IMG/VR virus record: IMGVR_UViG_3300012983_000034
Span: 45,935 to 109,934 of that record
Direction: 5' to 3' (one strand)
From: a virus
Taxonomy: Duplodnaviria; Caudoviricetes
Length of the DNA: 64,000 nt
A program made the position numbers and the translations under genes. Positions 49,233-58,597 of this stretch are shown here, in pieces (the stretch's first letter is position 1; each line of letters starts with the position of its first letter). The notes under the pieces were generated by a model that ran no database searches, was not told where the DNA came from, and saw only the letters and a program-made list of their open reading frames with translations.

Positions 49233-49291
49233 TCCTATTATTTATTTAATTTATTTTGTCGTGCATAAAACTATGTTTTTAAGTGGTAGAT

Positions 49292-49720
49292 TTACACCTC
49301 GTCATAGAACGAATCGTGTTCATCATCATAATAATAATCAGGTGCTTCGCAGCAATTATACCAACAGAACTCTACAAGACGAACAAAGTCCATATTAATG
49401 TCTGGGTCAATCTGCTGAAAGATTTTAGTGTATTTCTTCTTTTCGCTATCATACAAGGCTCTCGTCTTGCCATATCCACCATCTGCGTCCCACTCATAAT
49501 CAAGAACATAGTCAATATAATTCTCTTCAGTTGGGGCAATTTGAAACTTCCCAATAGTTCCGTAACTAAAAATATCAGGAAATGCCGATTCTAAATACCA
49601 AGAAAAATCATCTTCATGATTTTCGTTTGGATACTTCTGTACAATAATATCCTTAACATAATCCATGTTGATGCGTTCCATAGGAACACGCAATACCTTT
49701 TCTCTTACATATGTGCTCAT
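49292..49720 (-). CDS. Hypothetical protein
   Basis: AGGAG RBS. Confidence 0.7.
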   Translation of the reverse strand: MSTYVREKVLRVPMERINMDYVKDIIVQKYPNENHEDDFSWYLESAFPDIFSYGTIGKFQIAPTEENYIDYVLDYEWDADGGYGKTRALYDSEKKKYTKIFQQIDPDINMDFVRLVEFCWYNCCEAPDYYYDDEHDSFYDEV

Positions 49721-49974
49721 ATTTTATTCTCCTGTTTTTGTTTTCTATATTCGTGAAAAGCCGATTGGAAGAAGTTACACCTTTCCCACGAATTACGATT
49801 GTTGAAATAGCAATCTACACATCCACCATCCATACCATCACTATTTCCAAAGCCTTGGCAACCAGTTAAAAGAAACAACTTATCTCTAAGGCGTTGTATT
49901 TCATAATCTTGGTTTTTAAGAAAAATAATAAGTTGTTCTTTACTTTGTTGTTTGTAAAATTCGTCTTTTGTCAT
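49717..49974 (-). CDS. Hypothetical protein
   Basis: Translationally coupled ORF. Confidence 0.65.
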   Translation of the reverse strand: MTKDEFYKQQSKEQLIIFLKNQDYEIQRLRDKLFLLTGCQGFGNSDGMDGGCVDCYFNNRNSWERCNFFQSAFHEYRKQKQENKI

Positions 49975-49976
49975 TT

Positions 49977-50162
49977 TCAGTCCTCAACTTGACACCAATA
50001 ACTACAGTTGCCATTAGACACCTCTACATACTCTCTTGGAAATCTACCCTTGCCGTATTTATAAAGCTTCTCTGTCTTTTTAATGGCTTCTTGCATTGAA
50101 CTCGCTTTTACAGGCTCAATCCATGAACACGCCACACTAACCATATAAGTATCTTTTTTCAT
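49977..50162 (-). CDS. Hypothetical protein
   Basis: GAGGT RBS. Confidence 0.6.
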   Translation of the reverse strand: MKKDTYMVSVACSWIEPVKASSMQEAIKKTEKLYKYGKGRFPREYVEVSNGNCSYWCQVED

Positions 50163-50172
50163 ATTTTACCTC

Positions 50173-50664
50173 TTACTCATAACATCCAACAATTTTCAAA
50201 TTTTTACGCTTTTGGTCTGGTCTAAACTTATATTGCATATTGCTAAGTTCAATGTTAAATCCACCAGATTTCACCAAATCATAAGGGTCGTATGAATCAT
50301 CTGGGCTAACAGAATCAACATCGCATCTTACTAATACTTTATCCTTTTTCATACCATATCTCTTAAGCCACTTCTTATTAATACGAGGCTTCTTATGCCA
50401 ACGAGCCTGAATCCAAATAGGAATGTAATATTCAACATACAAGGGTTTATCATTTAAATCGGTTGTATAATTGAGAAGTGATGAACAATCTGTTAACTCG
50501 CATTCAAAAGATGCCTCGTGATTTAAAGACAATACTTCTTTTGAAAGAGAACTTGTATCTATTTCTGATTCAATTGTTACATTGTCAATATCACTAAATT
50601 CAGTAATGGGTTCTAATGTGTCTGTATTAAGTATTTGAAAACTATTTGTCTTAAATTCAATCAT
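50173..50664 (-). CDS. Hypothetical protein
   Basis: WHKKPRINKKWLKRYG motif. Confidence 0.7.
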   Translation of the reverse strand: MIEFKTNSFQILNTDTLEPITEFSDIDNVTIESEIDTSSLSKEVLSLNHEASFECELTDCSSLLNYTTDLNDKPLYVEYYIPIWIQARWHKKPRINKKWLKRYGMKKDKVLVRCDVDSVSPDDSYDPYDLVKSGGFNIELSNMQYKFRPDQKRKNLKIVGCYE

Positions 50665-50679
50665 TATAAATTTACCTCT

Positions 50680-51152
50680 TTATTCTTTGTATGGGTCTGG
50701 TTTATACATCCAAGCAATTATCTCTTGATTATATACGGCACTGCCACCATACCCACAACTCATCATCCAATCAACATCTTCTTTGGTTTTCCACTCATAT
50801 AATCTGTGCTAACAAAATAATGTATGCCATCACATTCATCAGATTTAACAGTTACTAAAACACTATCTGAAAAATACCCTTGCGGTCTATTAAAAACATC
50901 TCTCATCAAGTGACATTCTGGTAATCCCTCACTACAAGGAATCCACCCTTCTCTTTTTACAATTATGGGTTCAAACATTTTATAATTACCTTCTTTACCG
51001 CACCAATGTTCTATTTCGCAACCATTGTCCGTACATGTTCCAGTACCAAAAGAAGAATAATCTTCAACGCAATGTGTACCTTTATTATTTATAGAGTGAT
51101 TGGCACACCAAAGCTTCTTTTCGCATTTATCACTACAACAAAATGTTTCCAT
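50680..51152 (-). pseudogene. Frameshifted DUF551-like gene
   Basis: WIPCSEGLPE..VLVT in one frame; 'IIAWMYKPDPYKE' C-terminus in the -1 frame after GGAAAACC near 50790. Confidence 0.6.
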
Positions 51153-51175
51153 ATTTACCTCATAAAATTAAGTTT

Positions 51176-51478
51176 TTAAGCGTATGTCTTTTCACACAAA
51201 TACGCTAATTTCATCGTCACCATTCCAAATGGGTTTGTATGGTAACAACTTAAATGAAAATCATCATACTTAAACTCTGTTATATCTCCATATTTCGGAA
51301 GTGAATCTCCCCATAAATTAGTTAGAGACTTAAATTTACTATGCTGCCTATCGGTTTCAATGTTCTCTTTATAATAATTGACATACTCTTCCCAAGATTC
51401 TGCTTCAACCATTCTACTTTGATGGTCAAAAACTTTATCGTCTTTCATACTAAGATTTGTTTCAATAATTTTTACCAT
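51176..51478 (-). CDS. Hypothetical protein
   Basis: Between repeat sites. Confidence 0.7.
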   Translation of the reverse strand: MVKIIETNLSMKDDKVFDHQSRMVEAESWEEYVNYYKENIETDRQHSKFKSLTNLWGDSLPKYGDITEFKYDDFHLSCYHTNPFGMVTMKLAYLCEKTYA

Positions 51479-51504
51479 AACTTACACCTCTTAAAATATA
51501 ATTT

Positions 51505-51705
51505 TTAATCATCAATAAACTCTATTGGATACCAACCTGTTATACGATACCAATGTTCATTATATCTAGTAAGTTCATTATCTAAGAATCTATATTTTAC
51601 CGTAACCATCTCAAGCCATCGTACTTCATTGTCTACTTGTATGGGCAAGATGGCAAATTTCTTTTTGATTTTTATATCATTTGCGTTAGGTTTATTCCAT
51701 CTCAT
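51505..51705 (-). CDS. Hypothetical protein
   Basis: KKFAILP....RWLE motif. Confidence 0.65.
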   Translation of the reverse strand: MRWNKPNANDIKIKKKFAILPIQVDNEVRWLEMVTVKYRFLDNELTRYNEHWYRITGWYPIEFIDD

Positions 51706-52042
51706 TTTCTTGCCTCTCCAAAATTTCTTTTATTTCTTCAGATGTTAATTGAAAACTTGTGCAACCAATACTATTAAATTCGTCTACAATCCTATCAATC
51801 TCTTCGTCAGACATATCGCTACAATCAAGAGCACCTATATTTGTAGAACCAAAAATACTTTCAATTTCTGAAGGAGATAATTTTCTTTTGATTTCAATAA
51901 TATAAGGATTTTCTTCATAGGCATCAAACCAAAACTCATCTTGAAAATGATGGTCTTCAAAAACGCTCACCCTATATCTTCTTTTGTCTTTGTCATAATC
52001 AACAATAAAATTGTCATTTTCAAAAACTTTAATTAAACCCAT
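51692..52042 (-). CDS. Hypothetical protein
   Basis: RBS-led ORF. Confidence 0.7.
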   Translation of the reverse strand: MGLIKVFENDNFIVDYDKDKRRYRVSVFEDHHFQDEFWFDAYEENPYIIEIKRKLSPSEIESIFGSTNIGALDCSDMSDEEIDRIVDEFNSIGCTSFQLTSEEIKEILERQENEME

Positions 52043-52068
52043 ATGCTCACCTTAAAAGTATATTTTTA

Positions 52069-52257
52069 TCACTTTGTATTTTGGACAGTTCCAAACATTT
52101 TTTCAAAATAATCTTCTTGGCTTTTAAAGCGATATAACGCCTCTAGTGCATCAGCGACTCTTTCACACATCTGTCCATTGTGCTGAGTAGTATATCGCTT
52201 TTGCAAAGACTCAAAGTGTTTAATTGTTTTGTTTATATCATTCATATTACTCACCAC
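52069..52257 (-). CDS. Hypothetical protein
   Basis: Between repeat sites. Confidence 0.6.
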   Translation of the reverse strand: MVSNMNDINKTIKHFESLQKRYTTQHNGQMCERVADALEALYRFKSQEDYFEKMFGTVQNTK

Positions 52258-52271
52258 TTAAAACTTCATTT

Positions 52272-52502
52272 TTATTCACCTAAAATTTCTTTTAAACAAG
52301 CATTATAACCATAAGCCCATTCATCCATAAATACATCCACTTTGTCTGGAACTGATTTCAGAGGGCACCAATCTGGTTTGGTAGTATTATCGAAAATTGC
52401 AAATCTTGTTCTTTCACAAAAATTGGCTTTTGCACCAAGAACATAGCACATACAGTTTTTGCAACTATCTGGCATATCAATTACTAAAATTGCTTTACTC
52501 AT
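52272..52502 (-). CDS. Hypothetical phage protein
   Basis: MSKAILVIDMPDSC..PDWCPL..GYNACL.EI motif. Confidence 0.75.
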   Translation of the reverse strand: MSKAILVIDMPDSCKNCMCYVLGAKANFCERTRFAIFDNTTKPDWCPLKSVPDKVDVFMDEWAYGYNACLKEILGE

Positions 52503-52876
52503 AGTTTTACCTCTTCTTCCTCCATCTTAATTGCAAACTTATCAAAGAAATCCCTTTTCCACTTAGGCAACAACAAGGCTTTTTTGCTCAACTCTTTTTC
52601 ATATGCCAACCATAATGATGGACTCTCTTTCTTGATATAATAAGAAGAATCTCTATCACATTCATCTACTCTACCACAAATTGTACAAACTTTTGTGGGA
52701 GTTTTAAATTCTTCCACTCTGGGCTTACCAGTCTTAAAATCTGTTGTGTGCCAATATGTGTAAAGAAGTACAGTTTCATAAATATGCTTATGTTTTGAGC
52801 GAGGCAAACCTTTGTTCTTTGATTTCTTTTTATGTTTAGTTTCTACCTCTTCATAGCACACATTTTTATCATTCAT
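52499..52876 (-). CDS. Hypothetical protein
   Basis: KHKHIYE..CTICG. Confidence 0.7.
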   Translation of the reverse strand: MNDKNVCYEEVETKHKKKSKNKGLPRSKHKHIYETVLLYTYWHTTDFKTGKPRVEEFKTPTKVCTICGRVDECDRDSSYYIKKESPSLWLAYEKELSKKALLLPKWKRDFFDKFAIKMEEEEVKL

Positions 52877-52899
52877 ATTATTACCTCACTTATATGCTG

Positions 52900-53124
52900 T
52901 CATTTTGCATATTTCATTAACATTGCAATGTCACCCTTTTGAAGCTGCAACTTTTTAATATTTTCATCTATTCTCGCTTCTTCTTTTTGCAGTGCCTTTA
53001 ACATACAAGCATAATCAGCTTTGGCGTTGTAAACATCGCTCAACACTTGATTAGTGTAATTTGAATTATTCCATAAAGATATTTTTTCTTTTAATTTTTC
53101 TTCATCGATTATAAGATATCCCAT
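52900..53124 (-). CDS. Hypothetical protein
   Basis: GAGGT RBS. Confidence 0.65.
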   Translation of the reverse strand: MGYLIIDEEKLKEKISLWNNSNYTNQVLSDVYNAKADYACMLKALQKEEARIDENIKKLQLQKGDIAMLMKYAK

Positions 53125-53148
53125 ATTTTTTACCTCTTAAAACTCTTT

Positions 53149-53394
53149 TTAGTCCCTCTTAGGTTCTAACCTTGGAATTTCTACACTTAAATTTGCGTCG
53201 CAATATCTCTGTCTGTGCATATCTCCTCTTAAATATGAGTCGGAGTCATTAAACACCACACAGTCAATTGTGATACTTCCGTCCATTTCTCTTGTAGCAT
53301 TAGTAAACACACATTGATTAAATCTTGCTTTATCTTCATCGCACAGTCTATCCATAATGTCTTCTGGCGTAATATAAACTTTTAATCCATACAT
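53149..53394 (-). CDS. Hypothetical protein
   Basis: Between repeat sites. Confidence 0.65.
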   Translation of the reverse strand: MYGLKVYITPEDIMDRLCDEDKARFNQCVFTNATREMDGSITIDCVVFNDSDSYLRGDMHRQRYCDANLSVEIPRLEPKRD

Positions 53395-53420
53395 AATCCT
53401 TACCTCTTAAAACTCTATTT

Positions 53421-53648
53421 TTATTCTATCATCCACTTTCGTTTTGCTTCATTTACTCCATAACAAGAAGGACACACAAACGAATCACATGAACAAATAC
53501 AATTAGGAGACAAAACCGAACCATCAGAATTTTTGATTTCAAATGTCTTATTTCTAATATTGATATCACATTCTGAATATTTCAAAACAGCACCACAATA
53601 TTCACACTGTTGAATGTAACACTCAGGTGCTTCTTTTAATATCTGCAT
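53421..53648 (-). CDS. Zinc-ribbon hypothetical protein
   Basis: CEYCG..CPSC. Confidence 0.65.
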   Translation of the reverse strand: MQILKEAPECYIQQCEYCGAVLKYSECDINIRNKTFEIKNSDGSVLSPNCICSCDSFVCPSCYGVNEAKRKWMIE

Positions 53649-53677
53649 AATTTAATACCTCTTAAAATTTTATTTTT

Positions 53678-53824
53678 ATGTGGGTAGGGATTTGCACCCT
53701 ACATGACTCAGCAACTCATCGGATGCCACGACCATTTAAAGTGACTAGTGTTTAAAAGGTTAGGTTGCACTCATTATCGGCTTCGTTGTCTCGTGAATCT
53801 GTCTACCTATTCCAGCACCACATA
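53678..53824 (-). ncRNA. tRNA-like RNA with an enlarged anticodon arm
   Basis: Acceptor TATGTGG/CCACATA, D arm CTG-GAATAGGTAGA-CAG, T arm GTAGGG-TGCAAAT-CCCTAC, ~95-nt structured insert. Confidence 0.7.
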
Positions 53825-53835
53825 AAATTCGTATT

Positions 53836-53991
53836 TTATTTACTCTCTGTTTCTCTGCCACTTGGAATCCTACCATTTTCAACTTCATTGAAAAGATAAT
53901 CTAAATCTTCTCCAAATGTAGGATTTCCAGCCTCATCGCACAATCCACTATGATGGCTATATCGAGGATATTCATCTTTTATTGTATTCAT
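53836..53991 (-). CDS. Small hypothetical protein
   Basis: Between repeat sites; ATG 53991. Confidence 0.55.
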   Translation of the reverse strand: MNTIKDEYPRYSHHSGLCDEAGNPTFGEDLDYLFNEVENGRIPSGRETESK

Positions 53992-54019
53992 CGTTTTCAC
54001 CCCACATAAAATACGCTTT

Positions 54020-54217
54020 TTATGAATGAAATCCAAGCTTATATTCTTCATCGAAATCAAGCTCTATATCATTTTCATAAATAGAAAAAACACAATTACC
54101 CATTTCGTAGCAATTCCACCAGTGAATCTTGTACCAGCTTAAAACATCTTCAATATCATCACTTTCATATGTTGCAACCATACTATAATATTGCCATATT
54201 TCAATTTTATATTTCAT
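54020..54217 (-). CDS. Hypothetical protein
   Basis: GAGGT RBS before ATG 54217. Confidence 0.6.
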   Translation of the reverse strand: MKYKIEIWQYYSMVATYESDDIEDVLSWYKIHWWNCYEMGNCVFSIYENDIELDFDEEYKLGFHS

Positions 54218-54219
54218 AC

Positions 54220-54588
54220 TTACCTCACAAATACTACTTTGCATTTTCTTTGACCACAACCACAAAAATGTGAAGGTAAATATACCATAGGTTCTTCTCC
54301 TACAACATCTTCACATTCGCAAATAACACAATCATCTTTGAAATATTTTTCAGGTGATTTTGTTTTATCTATTGGTCTGCCGTGTTTACAATCCTTGCAT
54401 CTTACAACCTCAACTACATCTGGAGTATTTTCAATCACATCGGCAGTAGGTTGGTCTAATACCATTTTAATAAAATGTCTATGCTCGGCATTATGTGTTT
54501 GCGAAGCAATTCCATTGTTATGCTCATTATTTGCTCTGCTTCGTTCTATGTCTTGTATGAGAATATTTGCGTTAATGTATCTGTTCAT
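54220..54588 (-). CDS. Hypothetical phage protein
   Basis: PTADV..VVEVVRCKDCKH motif. Confidence 0.75.
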   Translation of the reverse strand: MNRYINANILIQDIERSRANNEHNNGIASQTHNAEHRHFIKMVLDQPTADVIENTPDVVEVVRCKDCKHGRPIDKTKSPEKYFKDDCVICECEDVVGEEPMVYLPSHFCGCGQRKCKVVFVR

Positions 54589-54611
54589 ATTTACCTCTTA
54601 AAATGCACATT

Positions 54612-54920
54612 TTAAATACTCATTTTGACACCACAATGACCACAGTAATTCTGGTAGTTATCATAGTCCCATACATTCTTTTGTGTCTTGCCACATTGGT
54701 CACAAGTTCCGCTTCCGTCTTTATTCAACTTCCACCTTCCTGTTTTTTCTTTAAGGTCTGCATAACCAGTAAGACAGTAATAAACGCCCATAGCAGCATC
54801 ACCTTGAATAGTGTTTAACACTCTGACTTTATTTTCTTCTTTTCTCGCAACCATTAAAGTCGGAACATCAGGCGGACAACTATCATAACTAATAATCAAG
54901 CAATCTTCCATATCTATCAC
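54612..54920 (-). CDS. Zinc-ribbon hypothetical protein
   Basis: CDQCG..NYCGHCG. Confidence 0.7.
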   Translation of the reverse strand: MIDMEDCLIISYDSCPPDVPTLMVARKEENKVRVLNTIQGDAAMGVYYCLTGYADLKEKTGRWKLNKDGSGTCDQCGKTQKNVWDYDNYQNYCGHCGVKMSI

Positions 54921-54940
54921 CTTAAATCGCTATTTTATTA

Positions 54941-55177
54941 TTAATAAATTTTTTCACCAATCTTATAAATTTCTTCGATTTTATCATCATAAGAATAAGT
55001 GTTGTCGTTTATGTATTCTATGAGTTCTTCTGTTGACATTTTATTACTGTCTACTAATATTTTAAAAATCTTTTTATCAACACAACCAACATATTCTACA
55101 TAAGCAATTAAAAAATCATTAATATTTTCGTAGTCATCTACAAAATGACCACCATTAACTAACAAAGCAATCATCAT
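54941..55177 (-). CDS. Hypothetical protein
   Basis: GAGGT RBS. Confidence 0.65.
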   Translation of the reverse strand: MMIALLVNGGHFVDDYENINDFLIAYVEYVGCVDKKIFKILVDSNKMSTEELIEYINDNTYSYDDKIEEIYKIGEKIY

Positions 55178-55194
55178 TATACCTCTCTGTTTTA

Positions 55195-55458
55195 TTATTC
55201 ATCTTCCCACAAAACACTTTCCCATTCTCTGGGTGACAACCAATACGGATAAGGTTCGCCAAATATTTGGTCATCAGAGTTATATTCGATAGCAACAATG
55301 CCAAGTCCCTTTTCATCATATCTTACTGTCATAATATAGTTATTATTGAGCAGCACCATAATCGCATCTCTAATAGCATTTTCAAACTCTTCTTGAGACT
55401 TGTATTCGTCCTTACAAATTACAATTTCATTTACTTTGTTCATATTATTCTTCTCCAT
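55195..55458 (-). CDS. Hypothetical protein
   Basis: Coupled ORF. Confidence 0.65.
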   Translation of the reverse strand: MEKNNMNKVNEIVICKDEYKSQEEFENAIRDAIMVLLNNNYIMTVRYDEKGLGIVAIEYNSDDQIFGEPYPYWLSPREWESVLWEDE

Positions 55459-55681
55459 TTATTTCATCGATAATTTTTCTCATTACGGTTGGATAACCAA
55501 TAATCATTTTCATTTCGTCTATGATATAAATTGAATTACTTGGAACAAGTTTATAACCATATCGTTTTAAAAACTTTTTGTCTATACGCTTTCTTTTATG
55601 TTTGCGAACTCTTATCTTATCGCAACAAGACTCTGATTCAACAAGTCTATAATCGTTATAGAAAAATTGTTTTTCTAACAT
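55445..55681 (-). CDS. Hypothetical protein
   Basis: KHKRKRIDKKFLKRYG motif shared with 50173..50664. Confidence 0.65.
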   Translation of the reverse strand: MLEKQFFYNDYRLVESESCCDKIRVRKHKRKRIDKKFLKRYGYKLVPSNSIYIIDEMKMIIGYPTVMRKIIDEINGEE

Positions 55682-55841
55682 CGGTTATTCCTTTCTTATT
55701 TTAAAAAATTCTTTATAATATTCATACAATTACAAAATCCAATTGCATAAGGGTCATGTTCACCATATTGCACTTTTAAATGTCTATATTTTTCTTCGGC
55801 AACCTTTAACAGTTCTTTGACATCTTTGTTTTCTTCCATAT

Positions 55842-56081
55842 TCATACTCCAATTTCAAAAGCATAATCATTAGGAGAAAATGAATCTTGCTTTTCTTTTA
55901 CAATTCTAATTATAAAATTATCAGCACCACCGCAAAAGTCTTCGCACGAATACCAACTCTTTCCATTGTATACTTCGATTTCTGATATATTTTTCATCTC
56001 ATCATCACACACAATGTTTAATACGGGTGAAACTCCAAATACTTCTTTACCATCTTTGAACCATACTGCTTCAAGTTTCAT
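55842..56081 (-). CDS. Hypothetical protein
   Basis: GGAGG RBS. Confidence 0.65.
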   Translation of the reverse strand: MKLEAVWFKDGKEVFGVSPVLNIVCDDEMKNISEIEVYNGKSWYSCEDFCGGADNFIIRIVKEKQDSFSPNDYAFEIGV

Positions 56082-56367
56082 AGTTGTCGTCCTCCGATTC
56101 GCTTTCTAACCACATCTTAATAATCTCTTCGTTGCTAGGTGCATAATCCATATCTTGAAAATATTTACATTTCTTATGCGCTTCACACCAAGCGCATTCT
56201 ACCTCATGGTCAAATGGTTCTACAATAGCAGATACTGTTTCGCATTTTCTACAATAATTTCTATCAAACCATCGAATCCAAGGATAATCAGCAAGCGTAT
56301 CCTTTTTGCTAATCCATTCTACAAGTTCATCGATACTCTTTGTTTTAAAGCTTTCAAATACTGTCAT
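56071..56367 (-). CDS. Hypothetical protein
   Basis: RBS-led ORF. Confidence 0.7.
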   Translation of the reverse strand: MTVFESFKTKSIDELVEWISKKDTLADYPWIRWFDRNYCRKCETVSAIVEPFDHEVECAWCEAHKKCKYFQDMDYAPSNEEIIKMWLESESEDDNYET

Positions 56368-56394
56368 ATTATTACCCCTTTTAAAATAAACTTT

Positions 56395-56595
56395 TTAAGT
56401 GTTAAATTTTCTGCCACACTTAGGACAGAACTTAATATTTATAATATCTTCTGAAAACCATACACGAGTATAATCATCATAATATCTAACTCGCAGCATA
56501 CCTTGTCTATTCAAAGCAATTTCCATACCACTGTATTCTTGGGTGTCATTAAATACTACAAAGTCATTGTCTTCGTGTTCGCAATATTTACACAT
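56395..56595 (-). CDS. Zinc-ribbon hypothetical protein
   Basis: MCKYCE..IKFCPKCGRK. Confidence 0.65.
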   Translation of the reverse strand: MCKYCEHEDNDFVVFNDTQEYSGMEIALNRQGMLRVRYYDDYTRVWFSEDIINIKFCPKCGRKFNT

Positions 56596-56620
56596 ATCTT
56601 TACCTCTTAAAATATTCTTT

Positions 56621-56914
56621 TTAATTGTTAATTTCATCGAATGTGTTTGTTTCTGGATTATATCTATATGGTAATCCATTTGGTGCATAATACGGAGTAT
56701 AAGCACACCATCCAGCATATGTAGTATTTTCAATGTATACAATTCTTGTTACAGAATCATAAACTAAATTACCACCAATATCTACAAAATTGCCAAATTG
56801 ATTTGACGATATGTTTTCACTATTTGACACATTTACTTGAACCGACTCTGAACAAGCCGTCAAAGAAAATATAAGAATACAACTAAATATAATTGCTATT
56901 AATTTCTTTTTCAT
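56621..56914 (-). CDS. Lipoprotein
   Basis: Signal peptide with LTAC lipobox. Confidence 0.7.
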   Translation of the reverse strand: MKKKLIAIIFSCILIFSLTACSESVQVNVSNSENISSNQFGNFVDIGGNLVYDSVTRIVYIENTTYAGWCAYTPYYAPNGLPYRYNPETNTFDEINN

Positions 56915-56940
56915 ATCTTTTACCTCATAAAATCTCGATT

Positions 56941-57135
56941 TTAACACATAGGAGGTTCAGGCAAGGACATCCAATGGGTAATAAATTCATCTTCGGTTCT
57001 ACCCCAATATCCATAAGCATCTTCCCATTCATCATTGCCCATATAAGTATAAACGCTAATCAAGTCGCCTCTATATACAAGAACCGTTTCGTCCTTAGTG
57101 GGCATCTGTTCCTCTACACTAATCCAATTTTCCAT
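56941..57135 (-). CDS. DUF551 family protein
   Basis: WISVEEQMP..VLVY..THWMSLPEPP. Confidence 0.85.
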   Translation of the reverse strand: MENWISVEEQMPTKDETVLVYRGDLISVYTYMGNDEWEDAYGYWGRTEDEFITHWMSLPEPPMC

Positions 57136-57247
57136 AATAAATACCTCTCTTGATTTATTTTCTTGATATAATTATAATCTTTTAATATGTACTATGCTTG
57201 AATAATTTGTAAACATATTGTAAACGCTTACAAATTATTTTATAATT

Positions 57248-57454
57248 TTATTTTTTAATATATTTTTCCTCTAATGTCGTAGGGCTAGCACCCTTTCCAA
57301 GCCGTTCAAAGCAATCGTCAATAACTTTATATATTGTAAACATTTTATTTGTTTGATTCTGCGTTAACTTATATATGTTTCCATTCAAACATTTATAAGT
57401 TACCATACCAACTTCATTATCTGGTATCTTTTTCAAAAGTTTATTTACAACCAT
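57248..57454 (-). CDS. Hypothetical protein
   Basis: RBS-led ORF. Confidence 0.6.
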   Translation of the reverse strand: MVVNKLLKKIPDNEVGMVTYKCLNGNIYKLTQNQTNKMFTIYKVIDDCFERLGKGASPTTLEEKYIKK

Positions 57455-57491
57455 ATATATTTACCTTATTCCAAAGCAAGAGCCAATCACG

Positions 57492-57815
57492 CTATTTTGC
57501 CTCGTCCTTCTGTCTTAAAGTTTTAAGCAATTCAATACCTTTATCCAATAACTCATTCCAGCTTAATTCGGACTTTAATGCATTCGTAGTATTAACTCTT
57601 GCATCAATGTCTCCAATAACTTTAAGCAGTTCTTCTACGATTTGTTCATCAGTCATTTCATTATCTTTTTCAAAAAGAGGTGAGTTGCTTTTTACAGGCA
57701 TACTTGAAATACGGTTTTCATCAAGAAAGCAAGATTTGCCTTTTTTAATTTTGGTGGATTTATGACGAGGAATAAAGACCTCGTTATCATTTTTTAAAAA
57801 ATCATAAATAATCAT
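57492..57815 (-). CDS. Hypothetical protein
   Basis: RBS-led ORF. Confidence 0.6.
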   Translation of the reverse strand: MIIYDFLKNDNEVFIPRHKSTKIKKGKSCFLDENRISSMPVKSNSPLFEKDNEMTDEQIVEELLKVIGDIDARVNTTNALKSELSWNELLDKGIELLKTLRQKDEAK

Positions 57816-58033
57816 ATTTATTTACCTTCCTTTTCTGCCAACATAAAACTGCCAAGAGATATCATAGATAAGCCTATACCTACTAAAAAATTTATTGCTA
57901 CAAAACCATATATAGCGGCATAAAGAGAGAAGCCGCTAAAAAAATAGAATATTTTTCCATCATTCCAAATTTTCATATTTAATATTTAACCTCCCTAATA
58001 TATTTACCAACGGACAAACAAAAAGTACTGATT

Positions 58034-58288
58034 TTATAAAGCAAAAAGCTTATAAAGCCAATAAAAAATAGCAACAGGCGGAATAAGTAAATGCATAAAA
58101 ATAACTTTAAGCCAAACACCAAACCAATTTAACTCACTATTGTAGTATATTTCAAAAGGATTAAAGTCATAATCAAATTCGTAAGGGCTGCTACTGGTCA
58201 TCCACACTCCAAAGCCAACAATATTAATAACTAAATAAATTAAAATAAAAGTATATAATACTGTCATATTTATTTCACTTCCCTCCAC
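58034..58288 (-). CDS. Membrane protein
   Basis: Two TM segments. Confidence 0.65.
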   Translation of the reverse strand: MEGSEINMTVLYTFILIYLVINIVGFGVWMTSSSPYEFDYDFNPFEIYYNSELNWFGVWLKVIFMHLLIPPVAIFYWLYKLFAL

Positions 58289-58294
58289 AGTTCT

Positions 58295-58597
58295 TTATCC
58301 ATAATAACCTCCATCAGGTGCATCTCTTTTATAATTTGGACATTTTCCTTCGTAGTCTTTATCTTTGCTACATACTACCTCATGAATACATTTATGGCAG
58401 CGAGATAGATTGGTAGAAGTTAATTTTTTAGCTAATTCCATTATTTTTTCATTTAATCTTTTAATTTCTGTAGCCGCATCATAACTGTCGTGGTTCCAGC
58501 GATAAGGGCATCCTTCAAACCATTCGGTACCAATGCCCTCACATCTTTGAGTACCACAATTATGACAATATTTTTCTATAAAATATTTATCATTCAT
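58295..58597 (-). CDS. Cys-rich hypothetical protein
   Basis: YCHNCGTQRC..YKRDAPDGGYYG. Confidence 0.7.
   Translation of the reverse strand: MNDKYFIEKYCHNCGTQRCEGIGTEWFEGCPYRWNHDSYDAATEIKRLNEKIMELAKKLTSTNLSRCHKCIHEVVCSKDKDYEGKCPNYKRDAPDGGYYG

Noticed and set aside
53678-53824. tmRNA or intron-containing tRNA
   Set aside because: Too short; no G3-U70 acceptor, tag ORF or group I core recognisable.
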